Shown here piece by piece: positions 15,627 to 24,343 of a stretch of 44,262 nt of DNA. The DNA is from a virus (Duplodnaviria; Heunggongvirae; Uroviricota; Caudoviricetes). Where the stretch lies: positions 1 through 44,262 of the IMG/VR virus record IMGVR_UViG_3300020429_000539. One strand, written 5' to 3'. The position numbers and the translations under genes are program-made. The notes under the pieces are model-generated. The model ran no database searches. It was not told the origin of the DNA and was given only the letters and a program-made list of their open reading frames with translations. Numbering within the stretch: the stretch's first letter is position 1; each line of letters starts with the position of its first letter.

Positions 15627-16655
15627 CTATCTTTTAGCCCCTGTTGTTCCTTCAAAGAGGGCGCTGATTGATCTATCTTCGTGGATTCGAGTAATCGCTT
15701 CGCCCAACATCGGAGCAATGCTTAGCTCGACCAGTTTATCTCCAAGATGTTCAACAACATCAGGTCTGTTGGCCGCAGGAATCGTGTCGCTGATAATAAC
15801 TTTGCTGATAGTTGGTTGAGTGAGACGTTCAACTGCTTCTCCAACAAACAGCGGATGGGTTGCAGATACCATAACGCTCTGTGCCCCGTTATCTAGGCAG
15901 ATTTCGGCTGCTTTACAGACGGTGCCTGCTGTTGAAATCATATCATCGACCATCAAGATGTTCTTGTTTTTGACTCTGCCGATGATTTGTGAGTCCATAT
16001 CGATTTCGGTCCCACTCTTGCGTCTTTTGTTGATGATAGCAAGTTCCGCGTCAAGTTCATTGGCATAGCCCTCAGCAACCTTGACGTTCCCCACATCGGG
16101 CGAGACCAGGCACAGGTCTCCAAGTTCCTCTCGGATACTCTTAAAATAGTTGACGAAGACAGGGGCCGAATGCAGGTGGTCAACAGGGATGTCAAAAAAG
16201 CCCTGAATCTGAGCGGCATGAAGATCAACAGTTACAACACGGTCAGCGCCAGCCGAAACAACCTGATTTGCAACCAGTTTTGCTGTTATAGGCGTCCGTC
16301 CCTTGTCTTTACGGTCCTGCCTTCCGTAGCCGTAGTAAGGCATAACAGCCACGACTTGACGAGCCGATGCCCGCTTGAGAGCATCGATAAAGATGTAGAG
16401 TTCCATCAAGTTATCGTTGACAGGATTACAGGTAGAAATAATAACGTAGCAATCTTTGCCTCGAACGTCTTCTTTAAGGCGAACAAGAATCTCGCCGTCA
16501 GGAAAAAACTCGGTTGCAGAAGTGCTGAGCGGAAAGTCAATTGATTCGCAGACGCGCTCGCCGAGGATGAGGTTATTTGCGCCAGCAAATATCTTCTTAC
16601 CGTTACCGTGATTGCTCATATCATGCTCCTGCAAGGGCTCTCCATTCAATTTCAT
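15627..16655 (-). CDS. prs: Ribose-phosphate pyrophosphokinase (PRPP synthetase)
   Basis: FPDGE, PYYGYGRQDRK, DLHAAQIQGFF, SPDVG, VDDMISTAGT; alternative start 16619. Confidence 0.95.
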   Translation of the reverse strand: MKLNGEPLQEHDMSNHGNGKKIFAGANNLILGERVCESIDFPLSTSATEFFPDGEILVRLKEDVRGKDCYVIISTCNPVNDNLMELYIFIDALKRASARQVVAVMPYYGYGRQDRKDKGRTPITAKLVANQVVSAGADRVVTVDLHAAQIQGFFDIPVDHLHSAPVFVNYFKSIREELGDLCLVSPDVGNVKVAEGYANELDAELAIINKRRKSGTEIDMDSQIIGRVKNKNILMVDDMISTAGTVCKAAEICLDNGAQSVMVSATHPLFVGEAVERLTQPTISKVIISDTIPAANRPDVVEHLGDKLVELSIAPMLGEAITRIHEDRSISALFEGTTGAKR

Positions 16656-17479
16656 CGGCTAGAGGTTTTGAGTTCCTTGAGAGGGGTCATGATGTGATCA
16701 AGTTCGATGTTCTGAATCATCTTTTTGTGAGCGAGTTGACGCTCGCTCTCAAGCTTGGATTCTCCTTCTGCGGTCTTGAGCCATTTGTCAACTTGCCTGA
16801 AGCTTCTGATGATATTTGATGAGTTAATAGGCTCATCGAGGACGCTGAGTCTCCAATCAAAAGCTATAGAGCGTGCGATGCGATTGAGGCGATAATCGAA
16901 ATCAGGTATAGATTCGATTACTCTTTGACACCACCCATAAAAGAAAGAGTCTTGTTGAATGCGAATGATGAGCGGACCCATATCGCAAGCCTCTTCCCAA
17001 ATCTTGCCTCGTTCTTCCCATTCTTCATCTGTGACATCATCGGGCTGGTCCGTATTGTTCCAGTATCCATATTCTTCGACGCCCTGAATTTTTCCGATAG
17101 CCTCGATAACGTCTTGTTGTTCGCAAATAGGGAACAACAGCGTGTAGTCATCAAATGGGTAAACGCTGAGCGAAAACGTGAAATCGTGTTCAGGGTCTCG
17201 GGCTCTTAGCTCTCTGGACATTTCTTTGGCGTTATCCAACAAGAACTTTGTAACAACTTCTGCGACAGAACTGTCAGACTTTTCAGAGTCGAGACCTTCA
17301 GGTATCTCTCCCCTAACCATGAAGCGGTCGAGTATATCGACGCATTTCATGGCGACCATCCGGTCATAGCCCTTCCTCAGCAGAGGCTCAGCGGTGTCAA
17401 AGACTTCTTTGCGAAAACGGAGCATCCCCTGACCTTCAGGTGTTGCAACTCGTAGGCCTTCATAGATTTTGGTACTCAT
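16652..17479 (-). CDS. Hypothetical protein
   Basis: 275 aa, YGYWNNTDQPD..WEERGKIW segment. Confidence 0.75.
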   Translation of the reverse strand: MSTKIYEGLRVATPEGQGMLRFRKEVFDTAEPLLRKGYDRMVAMKCVDILDRFMVRGEIPEGLDSEKSDSSVAEVVTKFLLDNAKEMSRELRARDPEHDFTFSLSVYPFDDYTLLFPICEQQDVIEAIGKIQGVEEYGYWNNTDQPDDVTDEEWEERGKIWEEACDMGPLIIRIQQDSFFYGWCQRVIESIPDFDYRLNRIARSIAFDWRLSVLDEPINSSNIIRSFRQVDKWLKTAEGESKLESERQLAHKKMIQNIELDHIMTPLKELKTSSR

Positions 17480-17487
17480 AGTGTGAC

Positions 17488-17982
17488 CTATGCAAAATGG
17501 TCTGTGCCGTACTTCGCGTCATGCGCTCTGATAATCGCATCAGCCTTCTCCCGACATTGTTTATCGTAGGCTTCTTTTTCTTCGAATCCCGCGTATGCAG
17601 GACTGTCGGGATGATTGGTCAGGGTAAACGTGTTGTCGCCTCTAACAGGAAAAACCTGTTCAGTCCCGCCTCCAATGAGGATGGGGATGCCATCGGAGAT
17701 TTTCATACCTGTTTCGCCGGCGACCTTGTAAGCGAGGTCTTTTTTATTCGCAGGGATGGAGAGCAGAAAGAACGGAAGCCCATCAAAGGACATCTGCCAT
17801 ACGAGGAAGTCATTGTTGGCATCGGTGCCTGGAATGAAGTAAGTGTATTCGAGCTTGATCATGAAGAGAGTAGCGCCGGGCCGCGAGAGCATGCAGACGA
17901 TATTGAATCGGTCAGGAGATTGACAGGTCTTGATAATCTCTTGCTCGGTTGTCGCTTCTGCGAAGGGCTTTTCATCGCTCAT
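17488..17982 (-). CDS. Hypothetical protein
   Basis: 164-aa co-directional ORF. Confidence 0.7.
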   Translation of the reverse strand: MSDEKPFAEATTEQEIIKTCQSPDRFNIVCMLSRPGATLFMIKLEYTYFIPGTDANNDFLVWQMSFDGLPFFLLSIPANKKDLAYKVAGETGMKISDGIPILIGGGTEQVFPVRGDNTFTLTNHPDSPAYAGFEEKEAYDKQCREKADAIIRAHDAKYGTDHFA

Positions 17983-18793
17983 CAGAATCTCCTAGTGGAT
18001 AGTCTTTATCTGGAGTAAGACGGCGGGCTACATCCCAGTGGTCAGGCATAAACTGAGGGTTCATGTTTTCAATGAAATCGAGACGCCATCTGATCATGAA
18101 AGCATGCAACTCCTCGTCATCCATTCGCTCGATAACAGCTTTACCATGTGGCTCGTAGTCATCGGTATGAACGTAGTAGGAGATTTTGTCAGATGCTAGA
18201 GCTTGCAGTTCTTTCTCTGATGGCTCATGCCCAAGCCATTCAACAACATCTGACATCAAATCATCTTTGCGGTCTTCAGGAATTTTGTCGCCATGCTTGA
18301 CCAGTGTGCTTGCTGACCGTTGAGCGAAGAACTCAGCGCCTTTACTCTTCAACACACCAATGCCGTGCAAAGGGATGCCAGTTTCTTCGGCAATCTTCTT
18401 TTTCAGTTGATGCCCAAACACTCGTTCGTAACGGATATGGCACTCTATGCAGAGCGGCAGGATGTCATGGTTGTCTCCTCGCTTCAACCGTTCATCGATG
18501 AACTGTCTATACATGCGAGGCACGACATGGTGTCGTGTTAGGTCATCTTCTGAACCGCAGCAAACACAAACGTTCTTACGCTCTTGAAGATGGAACGGGT
18601 CGCCGTAATGACCTTTGCCATTTGGCTCAAAGGTCAAACGAATGGTTTTTTCATCAACCCATTCAGCCAGGTCACGAATAATGTAGTGGTTGGCCCTACG
18701 CTCGCTGCAACGAAACATCGGTTCGCCATCAGGCGTGACTACGAGGTAGTTGCCGTAGATTTCATTATTCGACTTGTTAGAGGCCAGAGTCAT
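17972..18793 (-). CDS. HNH-like Zn-binding protein resembling the EXD2 C-terminal domain
   Basis: IRLTFEP, CVCCG...TRHHVVPRMYR...HDILPLCIECH. Confidence 0.65.
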   Translation of the reverse strand: MTLASNKSNNEIYGNYLVVTPDGEPMFRCSERRANHYIIRDLAEWVDEKTIRLTFEPNGKGHYGDPFHLQERKNVCVCCGSEDDLTRHHVVPRMYRQFIDERLKRGDNHDILPLCIECHIRYERVFGHQLKKKIAEETGIPLHGIGVLKSKGAEFFAQRSASTLVKHGDKIPEDRKDDLMSDVVEWLGHEPSEKELQALASDKISYYVHTDDYEPHGKAVIERMDDEELHAFMIRWRLDFIENMNPQFMPDHWDVARRLTPDKDYPLGDSDER

Positions 18794-19017
18794 TCTTGTT
18801 CGATTTCTGTGATGAGTTCGCCGTTGCTGATGAATCTGTGTTCTTTGAAATCGATTCGAAGGCTAAATGCCTTCCATCCATTGCCGATGTCTCGGACTCT
18901 GCATGCTTTCTTAGGCATCCAATTTTTCTTACGGCGAGATTGGTATGCTTCGAGCAGCAGTACGGCAGCCACGATCGACAGTGCGCATGCAACGAATGTT
19001 GTCAAGAAGAAGACCAT
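18790..19017 (-). CDS. Small membrane protein
   Basis: N-terminal TM helix; coupled ORF. Confidence 0.5.
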   Translation of the reverse strand: MVFFLTTFVACALSIVAAVLLLEAYQSRRKKNWMPKKACRVRDIGNGWKAFSLRIDFKEHRFISNGELITEIEQE

Positions 19018-19911
19018 TTACAGCAGCGTCCGTCCAAGCTCTTCTTCAGGGAGCTTGAAAATGTCATCATCGAACCCACGCAGTCGCGTGATTTCCTCTC
19101 CCAAGAGGAAGGCGCGAATTGCAGAAATGGTCTTGCGGTACAGGTCTTTGCGCTCGTCGCCCTTCTTGGGGCGCTTCTGGATGACATGGTTGCGCAGTCG
19201 GATGGCTGCGATTTCGTTCTTCTCCTCGGTCATGCCGTCATTGTAGACCTCGCAGAAACGATGCAAGCGGTTCATCTTGACATCATCGCCGAGGCAACTG
19301 TAGTAGGCGCGAATGACAGCGGCGAGGACAGGCGCGTTGACGAACTTGATGCGGCTGATACGGTCTGAAGCCCATTCAGCAGCATCACGATGCCGTTCGT
19401 GGAAATGGATCTGGTCTGTACGGCTTGCTCGCGCTTTGAGGCTTTTGACTTCAAGCAGGTAGTTTGTAGCCGAGACTGCGTTCTTGCTGGTATCAAGGCC
19501 AAGGATGTTGGCAACGTCTTTTGTCGAGCGAGGGCGACCCTCATCAACAGCGATCATTGCTTCGGGATCCATGCCGAACGCGACCATCATTTCGACTGGT
19601 CGTTCTGCTTCAACGATAGCCGCGAGACGGTGCTGACCGTCGAAGAGATTTCCGTTCCAGTCGAAGGCGAGCCCTTGGTGGGTGACTTTCCATTGACCTG
19701 CGACAATCTCTCGTGTGTACTTGAGAACACGCCCACGGTTGAGCGGTCGGTTGGTCACGTTGCGCTCTTCGAGAATCTGTTTGGCGAATGCAGGCGTGAT
19801 CGTTCGCTTTTCGCTCATCGGCAGTTGCATATCCGGACGAACTGCACGATGGATTGCAAGCCACTTCAGGTCAGTGTTGAAAAAGGGAATCTGGTCAGGG
19901 GTCTTTGGCAT
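19018..19911 (-). CDS. ParB/Srx-like (DGQHR) domain protein
   Basis: NRPL...Y...W...GNLFDGQHRLAAI. Confidence 0.75.
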   Translation of the reverse strand: MPKTPDQIPFFNTDLKWLAIHRAVRPDMQLPMSEKRTITPAFAKQILEERNVTNRPLNRGRVLKYTREIVAGQWKVTHQGLAFDWNGNLFDGQHRLAAIVEAERPVEMMVAFGMDPEAMIAVDEGRPRSTKDVANILGLDTSKNAVSATNYLLEVKSLKARASRTDQIHFHERHRDAAEWASDRISRIKFVNAPVLAAVIRAYYSCLGDDVKMNRLHRFCEVYNDGMTEEKNEIAAIRLRNHVIQKRPKKGDERKDLYRKTISAIRAFLLGEEITRLRGFDDDIFKLPEEELGRTLL

Positions 19912-19955
19912 GGGTTGTCCTTACTTTGCTCTATACAGTAGAGCGATGATTCGGC

Positions 19956-19981
19956 AATATACCCCAAACCAGTTTCACCTG
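19956..19981 (-). promoter_or_regulatory. CAGGTGAAA-N11-TATATT motif
   Basis: Repeated motif in an intergenic gap. Confidence 0.6.
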
Positions 19982-19985
19982 TTTC

Positions 19986-20783
19986 TTAGGCAGCGAGGCG
20001 CTTGATTTCTCGACTGTTCAACTGGCGCTTTTTGTGAGGGATGATCAGCTTGCCGTAATCCTCTTCGATGTCGCGGAGAGCGCGACTGTGGGTCTTGGTG
20101 ATGCAGTCGAAAGCCGTGCAGTAAGAGCCCCAGTACCCGAGCGGGCGACCCTTCGAGTCTCGCTTACGAACTTCCCACGACTGAGGCTGGCGGAACTCGA
20201 CTTCGTACCAGATGCCTTCGATTTGGTGGAACTGAATCATCTCATCCTTGGGATGGGCGATTCCTTTGATGGTCTTCTTCTTGCGCTTGAATCGCTTGCG
20301 CTTGGGAGCGAACTTCAGCTTGCCATCACGAGGGTCCACGTACATCCGGCGGTAGCTTCCGCCGCGAGTGTAGTCGCTGATGCGAGTGTACCCGTCGTCC
20401 TCTTTGTTCCACCGCCAGTAGTGTGCCTGTTTGTAGCAAGGCTCGCCATTGACAATGATGACATCCTTCTCAACGATATCATCAACGTGCTGAAGAATGT
20501 GCAACTGCGTAGCGCTGTCAGGTTTGACCTGTTCGCAGATTTCCGCGTAGACATCGTTCCACAGACGCCCCACCTGCTTGTTCAGCCAACGGAAGAGCGG
20601 GTTCAGGTTTTCGTTGAGTTCTTTCGCATCGCCCCAGTTCATCTTGTGGAGTTTGCGCATACCACGGATGCAGGGGGCGTTTTCGGGATCCTGCTTGGCT
20701 TTGCGACGGTGCTTGCGGGTTTGGGTTTTGCCACCGCCGTAGCGGGGCCGTTCAACAATCAAATGCTCCATGTCATCGCGCAT
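19986..20783 (-). CDS. Hypothetical basic protein
   Basis: 265 aa, very K/R-rich; ENLNPLFRWLNKQVGRLWNDVYAEI segment. Confidence 0.8.
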   Translation of the reverse strand: MRDDMEHLIVERPRYGGGKTQTRKHRRKAKQDPENAPCIRGMRKLHKMNWGDAKELNENLNPLFRWLNKQVGRLWNDVYAEICEQVKPDSATQLHILQHVDDIVEKDVIIVNGEPCYKQAHYWRWNKEDDGYTRISDYTRGGSYRRMYVDPRDGKLKFAPKRKRFKRKKKTIKGIAHPKDEMIQFHQIEGIWYEVEFRQPQSWEVRKRDSKGRPLGYWGSYCTAFDCITKTHSRALRDIEEDYGKLIIPHKKRQLNSREIKRLAA

Positions 20784-20793
20784 AGAAATTCTC

Positions 20794-21123
20794 TCAAAAC
20801 TTAGCTCGGCCTCGCGTTAATACTGACTGGTTCGCGTAGGCAAAATCTTTTGTTAGTACGGTTTTGACCCGTACTCCATGCTCTTGCTTAGAGCATACCA
20901 AGATGATTTCTTGTCCCGGCTCTCCAACAGATGCTTCGCATAACAGCATGAAATCTTTGCCGCATGCCCCTCCGAATGGCAAGCCTTTGGGATACATTTC
21001 TTCAATAGCGGCACGGATGCTCGCGTTGCTTTTGGCTGGTCCCTTCAAGCCATTGACTCGTTCTCGAAACCGTTCGCATGCGTGAACAGGGATATACACC
21101 GCATGCTGCTTTTGCGTAGACAT
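20794..21123 (-). CDS. Hypothetical protein with HAxERxxER motif (possible RelE/DUF4258-like nuclease fold)
   Basis: AAGGAG SD; HACERFRER...VKTV. Confidence 0.5.
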   Translation of the reverse strand: MSTQKQHAVYIPVHACERFRERVNGLKGPAKSNASIRAAIEEMYPKGLPFGGACGKDFMLLCEASVGEPGQEIILVCSKQEHGVRVKTVLTKDFAYANQSVLTRGRAKF

Positions 21124-21176
21124 TGCCGCTCCTTGTCTAGGAGGCATAGGTGCCCTGCTCAAGTATCGGTCACGAA

Positions 21177-21202
21177 ATCATATCAGAAAAGACTTTCACC
21201 TG
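21177..21202 (-). promoter_or_regulatory. CAGGTGAAA-N11-TATGAT motif
   Basis: Repeated motif right after the valS stop. Confidence 0.6.
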
Positions 21203-22567
21203 TTAGGCGGTTTGTGTTTGAGCGATTGTTTGCGTAATCTCTTTTCCAATACCTGGCAAAAACATATCGAACCAATCCATCATGCCAAGCATAATCGAGC
21301 AGAGCGTTCCCTTAGAGGGTCGTTTCTTCGAAGCCTCAATCCAGTCGCTACAAAACTCGTTCCAGAAGAATGCTCGCAAAGCGGAAATAGCGCTAGACCA
21401 ATCGAGGGCTTCCATATTCGCAAAAAGCTCTTGCTCGACTTCTCCCCATCTTTCGTGCCATTCGGTCACGATTCCTTCATCCTCTGTTTGCATGGAGATA
21501 AATCTTGCTGCGTTTCTGATCTTGTTGACCAGTTTTTCTCCCTTTTGCATCGCTGATTCAGTGATTCGCGAATCGGTACCTGGTTTATTGAGGGCAGCCC
21601 AGTACCTCACGCCGTAGGCCCCATACTTGTCAATAAACTCCGAGGGTGGCACAAAGTTACCAGCGCTTTTGCTAATCTTGTGCCCCTTGGGGTCAAGGGC
21701 GTGACCAGTAACCACGATATCAGTCCAAGGGATTTGGTCGTTGTGGTAAAGGCTCTTGACGATAGTGAAAAGCGCCCATGTTCTGATGATATCGTGGCCT
21801 TGAAATCTCAAGTCGAAGATGGGACACTCAAGGGTGGGTGCCTGTTCTTGATATGCTGCCCATGCAAGCTGCGGAGTCATCGAAGAGATGAACCATGTAT
21901 CAAAAACGAGACCTGTTTCGCCTTCAATGGGAACTCCGAAGTTTCGGTCACGAGCGATGGACCAGTCGTATTCAATGTTATCAACCCATCGCAGCAACCT
22001 TTGTTTGAACATATTTGGGTGCCAGTTGATCTGGTTGATTGCGTCTCGAATGATATCGAGATGGTCTTTCATGTTGATAAAAAGACCTTCGCTCTCTCGT
22101 TCTTCTACGAGTGCGCCGCTTCGCTCATATCGACCATCTTTCGTGACTTCTGCCTGAGACACAGCAATATTGTGTTCAGGACACCATAGCGTTTTTTCTG
22201 TTCCCTTGTAGGCATATCCTTTGTCAAGCAGGTTTCGCAAAGATGTATTGGCAAGCTGCCGAGTTTCGTCGCTCAGCGTGCAGTATGAAGGGTTATTCGC
22301 AAAATCGAATCGCATGCTCGAAAACAGGTTGCGGTATCGCTCTGCGTAGGCATGCGACATCTTTTCGATTTCTTGCGGGTCTTCGATACCTTCTTGAGCA
22401 GCGAGCCGAGCGGTAGGAACGCCGTTATTGTCAAAACAGAACGGGTAAACGACTTTGCCCCTTGCCATGTGGAAGCGTGCGAGAAAATCCATCTGCGCAT
22501 ACGAAAAGACATGGCCCATATGCAGCAGACCGCTGATGGTCGGTGGAGGAACGTCGATGAGATACAT
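21203..22567 (-). CDS. valS: Minimal valyl-tRNA synthetase-like protein lacking the CP1 editing domain
   Basis: DVPPPTISGLLHMGH, DNNG, DWSIAR..FGVPI, DTW, QGHDIIRTW, KISKS, FFWNEFCSDWIE; only about 454 aa. Confidence 0.8.
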   Translation of the reverse strand: MYLIDVPPPTISGLLHMGHVFSYAQMDFLARFHMARGKVVYPFCFDNNGVPTARLAAQEGIEDPQEIEKMSHAYAERYRNLFSSMRFDFANNPSYCTLSDETRQLANTSLRNLLDKGYAYKGTEKTLWCPEHNIAVSQAEVTKDGRYERSGALVEERESEGLFINMKDHLDIIRDAINQINWHPNMFKQRLLRWVDNIEYDWSIARDRNFGVPIEGETGLVFDTWFISSMTPQLAWAAYQEQAPTLECPIFDLRFQGHDIIRTWALFTIVKSLYHNDQIPWTDIVVTGHALDPKGHKISKSAGNFVPPSEFIDKYGAYGVRYWAALNKPGTDSRITESAMQKGEKLVNKIRNAARFISMQTEDEGIVTEWHERWGEVEQELFANMEALDWSSAISALRAFFWNEFCSDWIEASKKRPSKGTLCSIMLGMMDWFDMFLPGIGKEITQTIAQTQTA

Positions 22568-22577
22568 AGCGAGTAGA

Positions 22578-22838
22578 TTACTCGCTAGGCTTTTCACTCG
22601 TAGGAGTTTTGAGCGTTTTCCTGCGATATTCTGATATAAGAATGATGTCTGTTTCGGTTACTATTTGACCCAGGTTTTTTGTGGAGTGAACATGGGGTAC
22701 AACATGCTTAACAGTATATCCGGCTTTGCGAAGATCGACGATGGCTTGTTCGATACGCTCAGGTTGAGCCCCCACGACTTTTGTAACCAGTGTTTGCTTT
22801 GGGCTCTTAGGCTTCTTGGTCGCTTTCTTTTTGCTCAT
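22578..22838 (-). CDS. Small basic hypothetical protein
   Basis: 86-aa ORF. Confidence 0.55.
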   Translation of the reverse strand: MSKKKATKKPKSPKQTLVTKVVGAQPERIEQAIVDLRKAGYTVKHVVPHVHSTKNLGQIVTETDIILISEYRRKTLKTPTSEKPSE

Positions 22839-23259
22839 TGATCAGTTCCTTTCGCACTTGCATCCAAGCTTTGCCCAGAAGGTTTTGACCTGAGCCGTCT
22901 TTACCAAGACCCCAAATATAGTCGTATGGGCTGTCTTCTGCTAACTCTTCATCCCCTGACTCGATAAGAGCATCTCGAATAAACTCGTATTGGGACGCCT
23001 TCGCTCTGAGGGCATCAAGCATGACATCATACTTTACGTTTTCCCAATCTTCGCGAAGCGGCAAAGAATGAGCAAGCGTTTTGCTTTGCTTTGCTCCTGC
23101 CGCTTTTCGAACTTGTTCTTGATGAAGTTCATCGGTGAACTTCATTGCTTGATAGTAATGCTCGGTTGTGGGCCATCGTTTGCCATCGATAGTGACAGGG
23201 TGTTTCGAGAAGTTCGAAAGGAATCCGTATTCATCTCTTGTCCGCCAAAACTTTATCAT
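22807..23259 (-). CDS. NADAR (YbiA/DUF1768) family N-glycosidase / ADP-ribosylhydrolase
   Basis: FLSNF, WPTTEHYYQAMKF, EDSPYDYIWG, GQNLLGKAWMQVR. Confidence 0.92.
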   Translation of the reverse strand: MIKFWRTRDEYGFLSNFSKHPVTIDGKRWPTTEHYYQAMKFTDELHQEQVRKAAGAKQSKTLAHSLPLREDWENVKYDVMLDALRAKASQYEFIRDALIESGDEELAEDSPYDYIWGLGKDGSGQNLLGKAWMQVRKELINEQKESDQEA

Positions 23260-23573
23260 TCTCCGCACTCCTGACACGGACGGCCATGAAGACCGTCAGC
23301 GATGAGTTCATCATACTCTTCTTTACTTATGCCTTCGAGGTGATAAGGCCCGCTAATAAGAACTGGTCTTCCTGTATGTAGTTCATAGAAGGTGATGTGC
23401 GATGCATTGACAGGCAGGTTTATGAGTGTACCATCAGTAGTTGATAGTGAATCAGGGTCCGCTAGCCATTCACGAAGAACTGGACCCGACGAGAAAGTTA
23501 CTAGGTAACAGTATGGCTTCTCTCGTTCCTCGTTCAACTTCTCTTGTTGACCCATAGTTTCGCTCATCGCCAT
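23256..23573 (-). CDS. Hypothetical protein
   Basis: ATGA-coupled to NADAR. Confidence 0.55.
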   Translation of the reverse strand: MAMSETMGQQEKLNEEREKPYCYLVTFSSGPVLREWLADPDSLSTTDGTLINLPVNASHITFYELHTGRPVLISGPYHLEGISKEEYDELIADGLHGRPCQECGE

Positions 23574-24339
23574 CTTCCGTCCATTGGATAAGTTCTATCT
23601 CTCCCTCTTCTGTTTCGACCAAAGCAGAGCAGTTCGCTATGTCAGTCCAACATCCAGAGTTCAGGTAAAACTTGCCGTCTATCTTCTTGATTGCTGGCTC
23701 GTGAATATGCCCAACTACAATTCCATCGCAATCTTTGTCTTCTACATACTTAACCACATTATCTTCGAACCGATTGACGAAATCGACGGCCTTTTTCACT
23801 CTGACTTTGATGTATTTGCTCAAGGACCAATACTTGAGATTCATTTTTCGCCTTGCCCAGCGGTTCACTTTATTGAGCCAAATCATAAAGTGATAACCTT
23901 GGTCTCCGAGCTTTGCTAGCCAAGGACTGCAACGAGTGATGAGGTCAAACTGGTGGCCGTGCATAACAATTAGCTTTGTTCCGTTTGCAGTAACATGCTC
24001 GGTCTCGCTGCATATGACAAGGTTTCCAAATTCGGTAGAATCAGAGTCAACAAAATGCCCTAGAAACTCATCATGATTTCCTAATACATAGATTATCTCT
24101 GTGCCCTTTTTGGACATCTTGAGTAATCGTTGCAATACGTTGATATGGCTTTGTGCTTTTCTTTTGCTCAAGAAACCAGCTTTGTTTAGACGCCATATAT
24201 CAACGATGTCTCCGTTGAGATAGATTTTATCAAACCTGTTGGTTTTGAGAAAATCGTATATGATATCTGCGCAAGAACTATCGCTTCCTAGATGAAGGTC
24301 TGATATCCAACAAGTTCTATAATGCCTTTTACTGCTCAT
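23470..24339 (-). CDS. plcP: PlcP/LpxH2-type metallophosphoesterase (phospholipase C-like)
   Basis: SDLHLG, GDIVD, GNHDE, HGHQFD, YWSLSKYIK..VKKAVDF, GHIH; adjacent GT4. Confidence 0.75.
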   Translation of the reverse strand: MSSKRHYRTCWISDLHLGSDSSCADIIYDFLKTNRFDKIYLNGDIVDIWRLNKAGFLSKRKAQSHINVLQRLLKMSKKGTEIIYVLGNHDEFLGHFVDSDSTEFGNLVICSETEHVTANGTKLIVMHGHQFDLITRCSPWLAKLGDQGYHFMIWLNKVNRWARRKMNLKYWSLSKYIKVRVKKAVDFVNRFEDNVVKYVEDKDCDGIVVGHIHEPAIKKIDGKFYLNSGCWTDIANCSALVETEEGEIELIQWTEDGDERNYGSTREVERGTREAILLPSNFLVGSSSS

Positions 24340-24343
24340 AGAG

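Noticed and set aside
15627-16655. NARP1-type ADPR-PP synthetase
   Set aside because: The sequence looks like canonical class I Prs and is not adjacent to the NAMPT gene; not excluded without an assay
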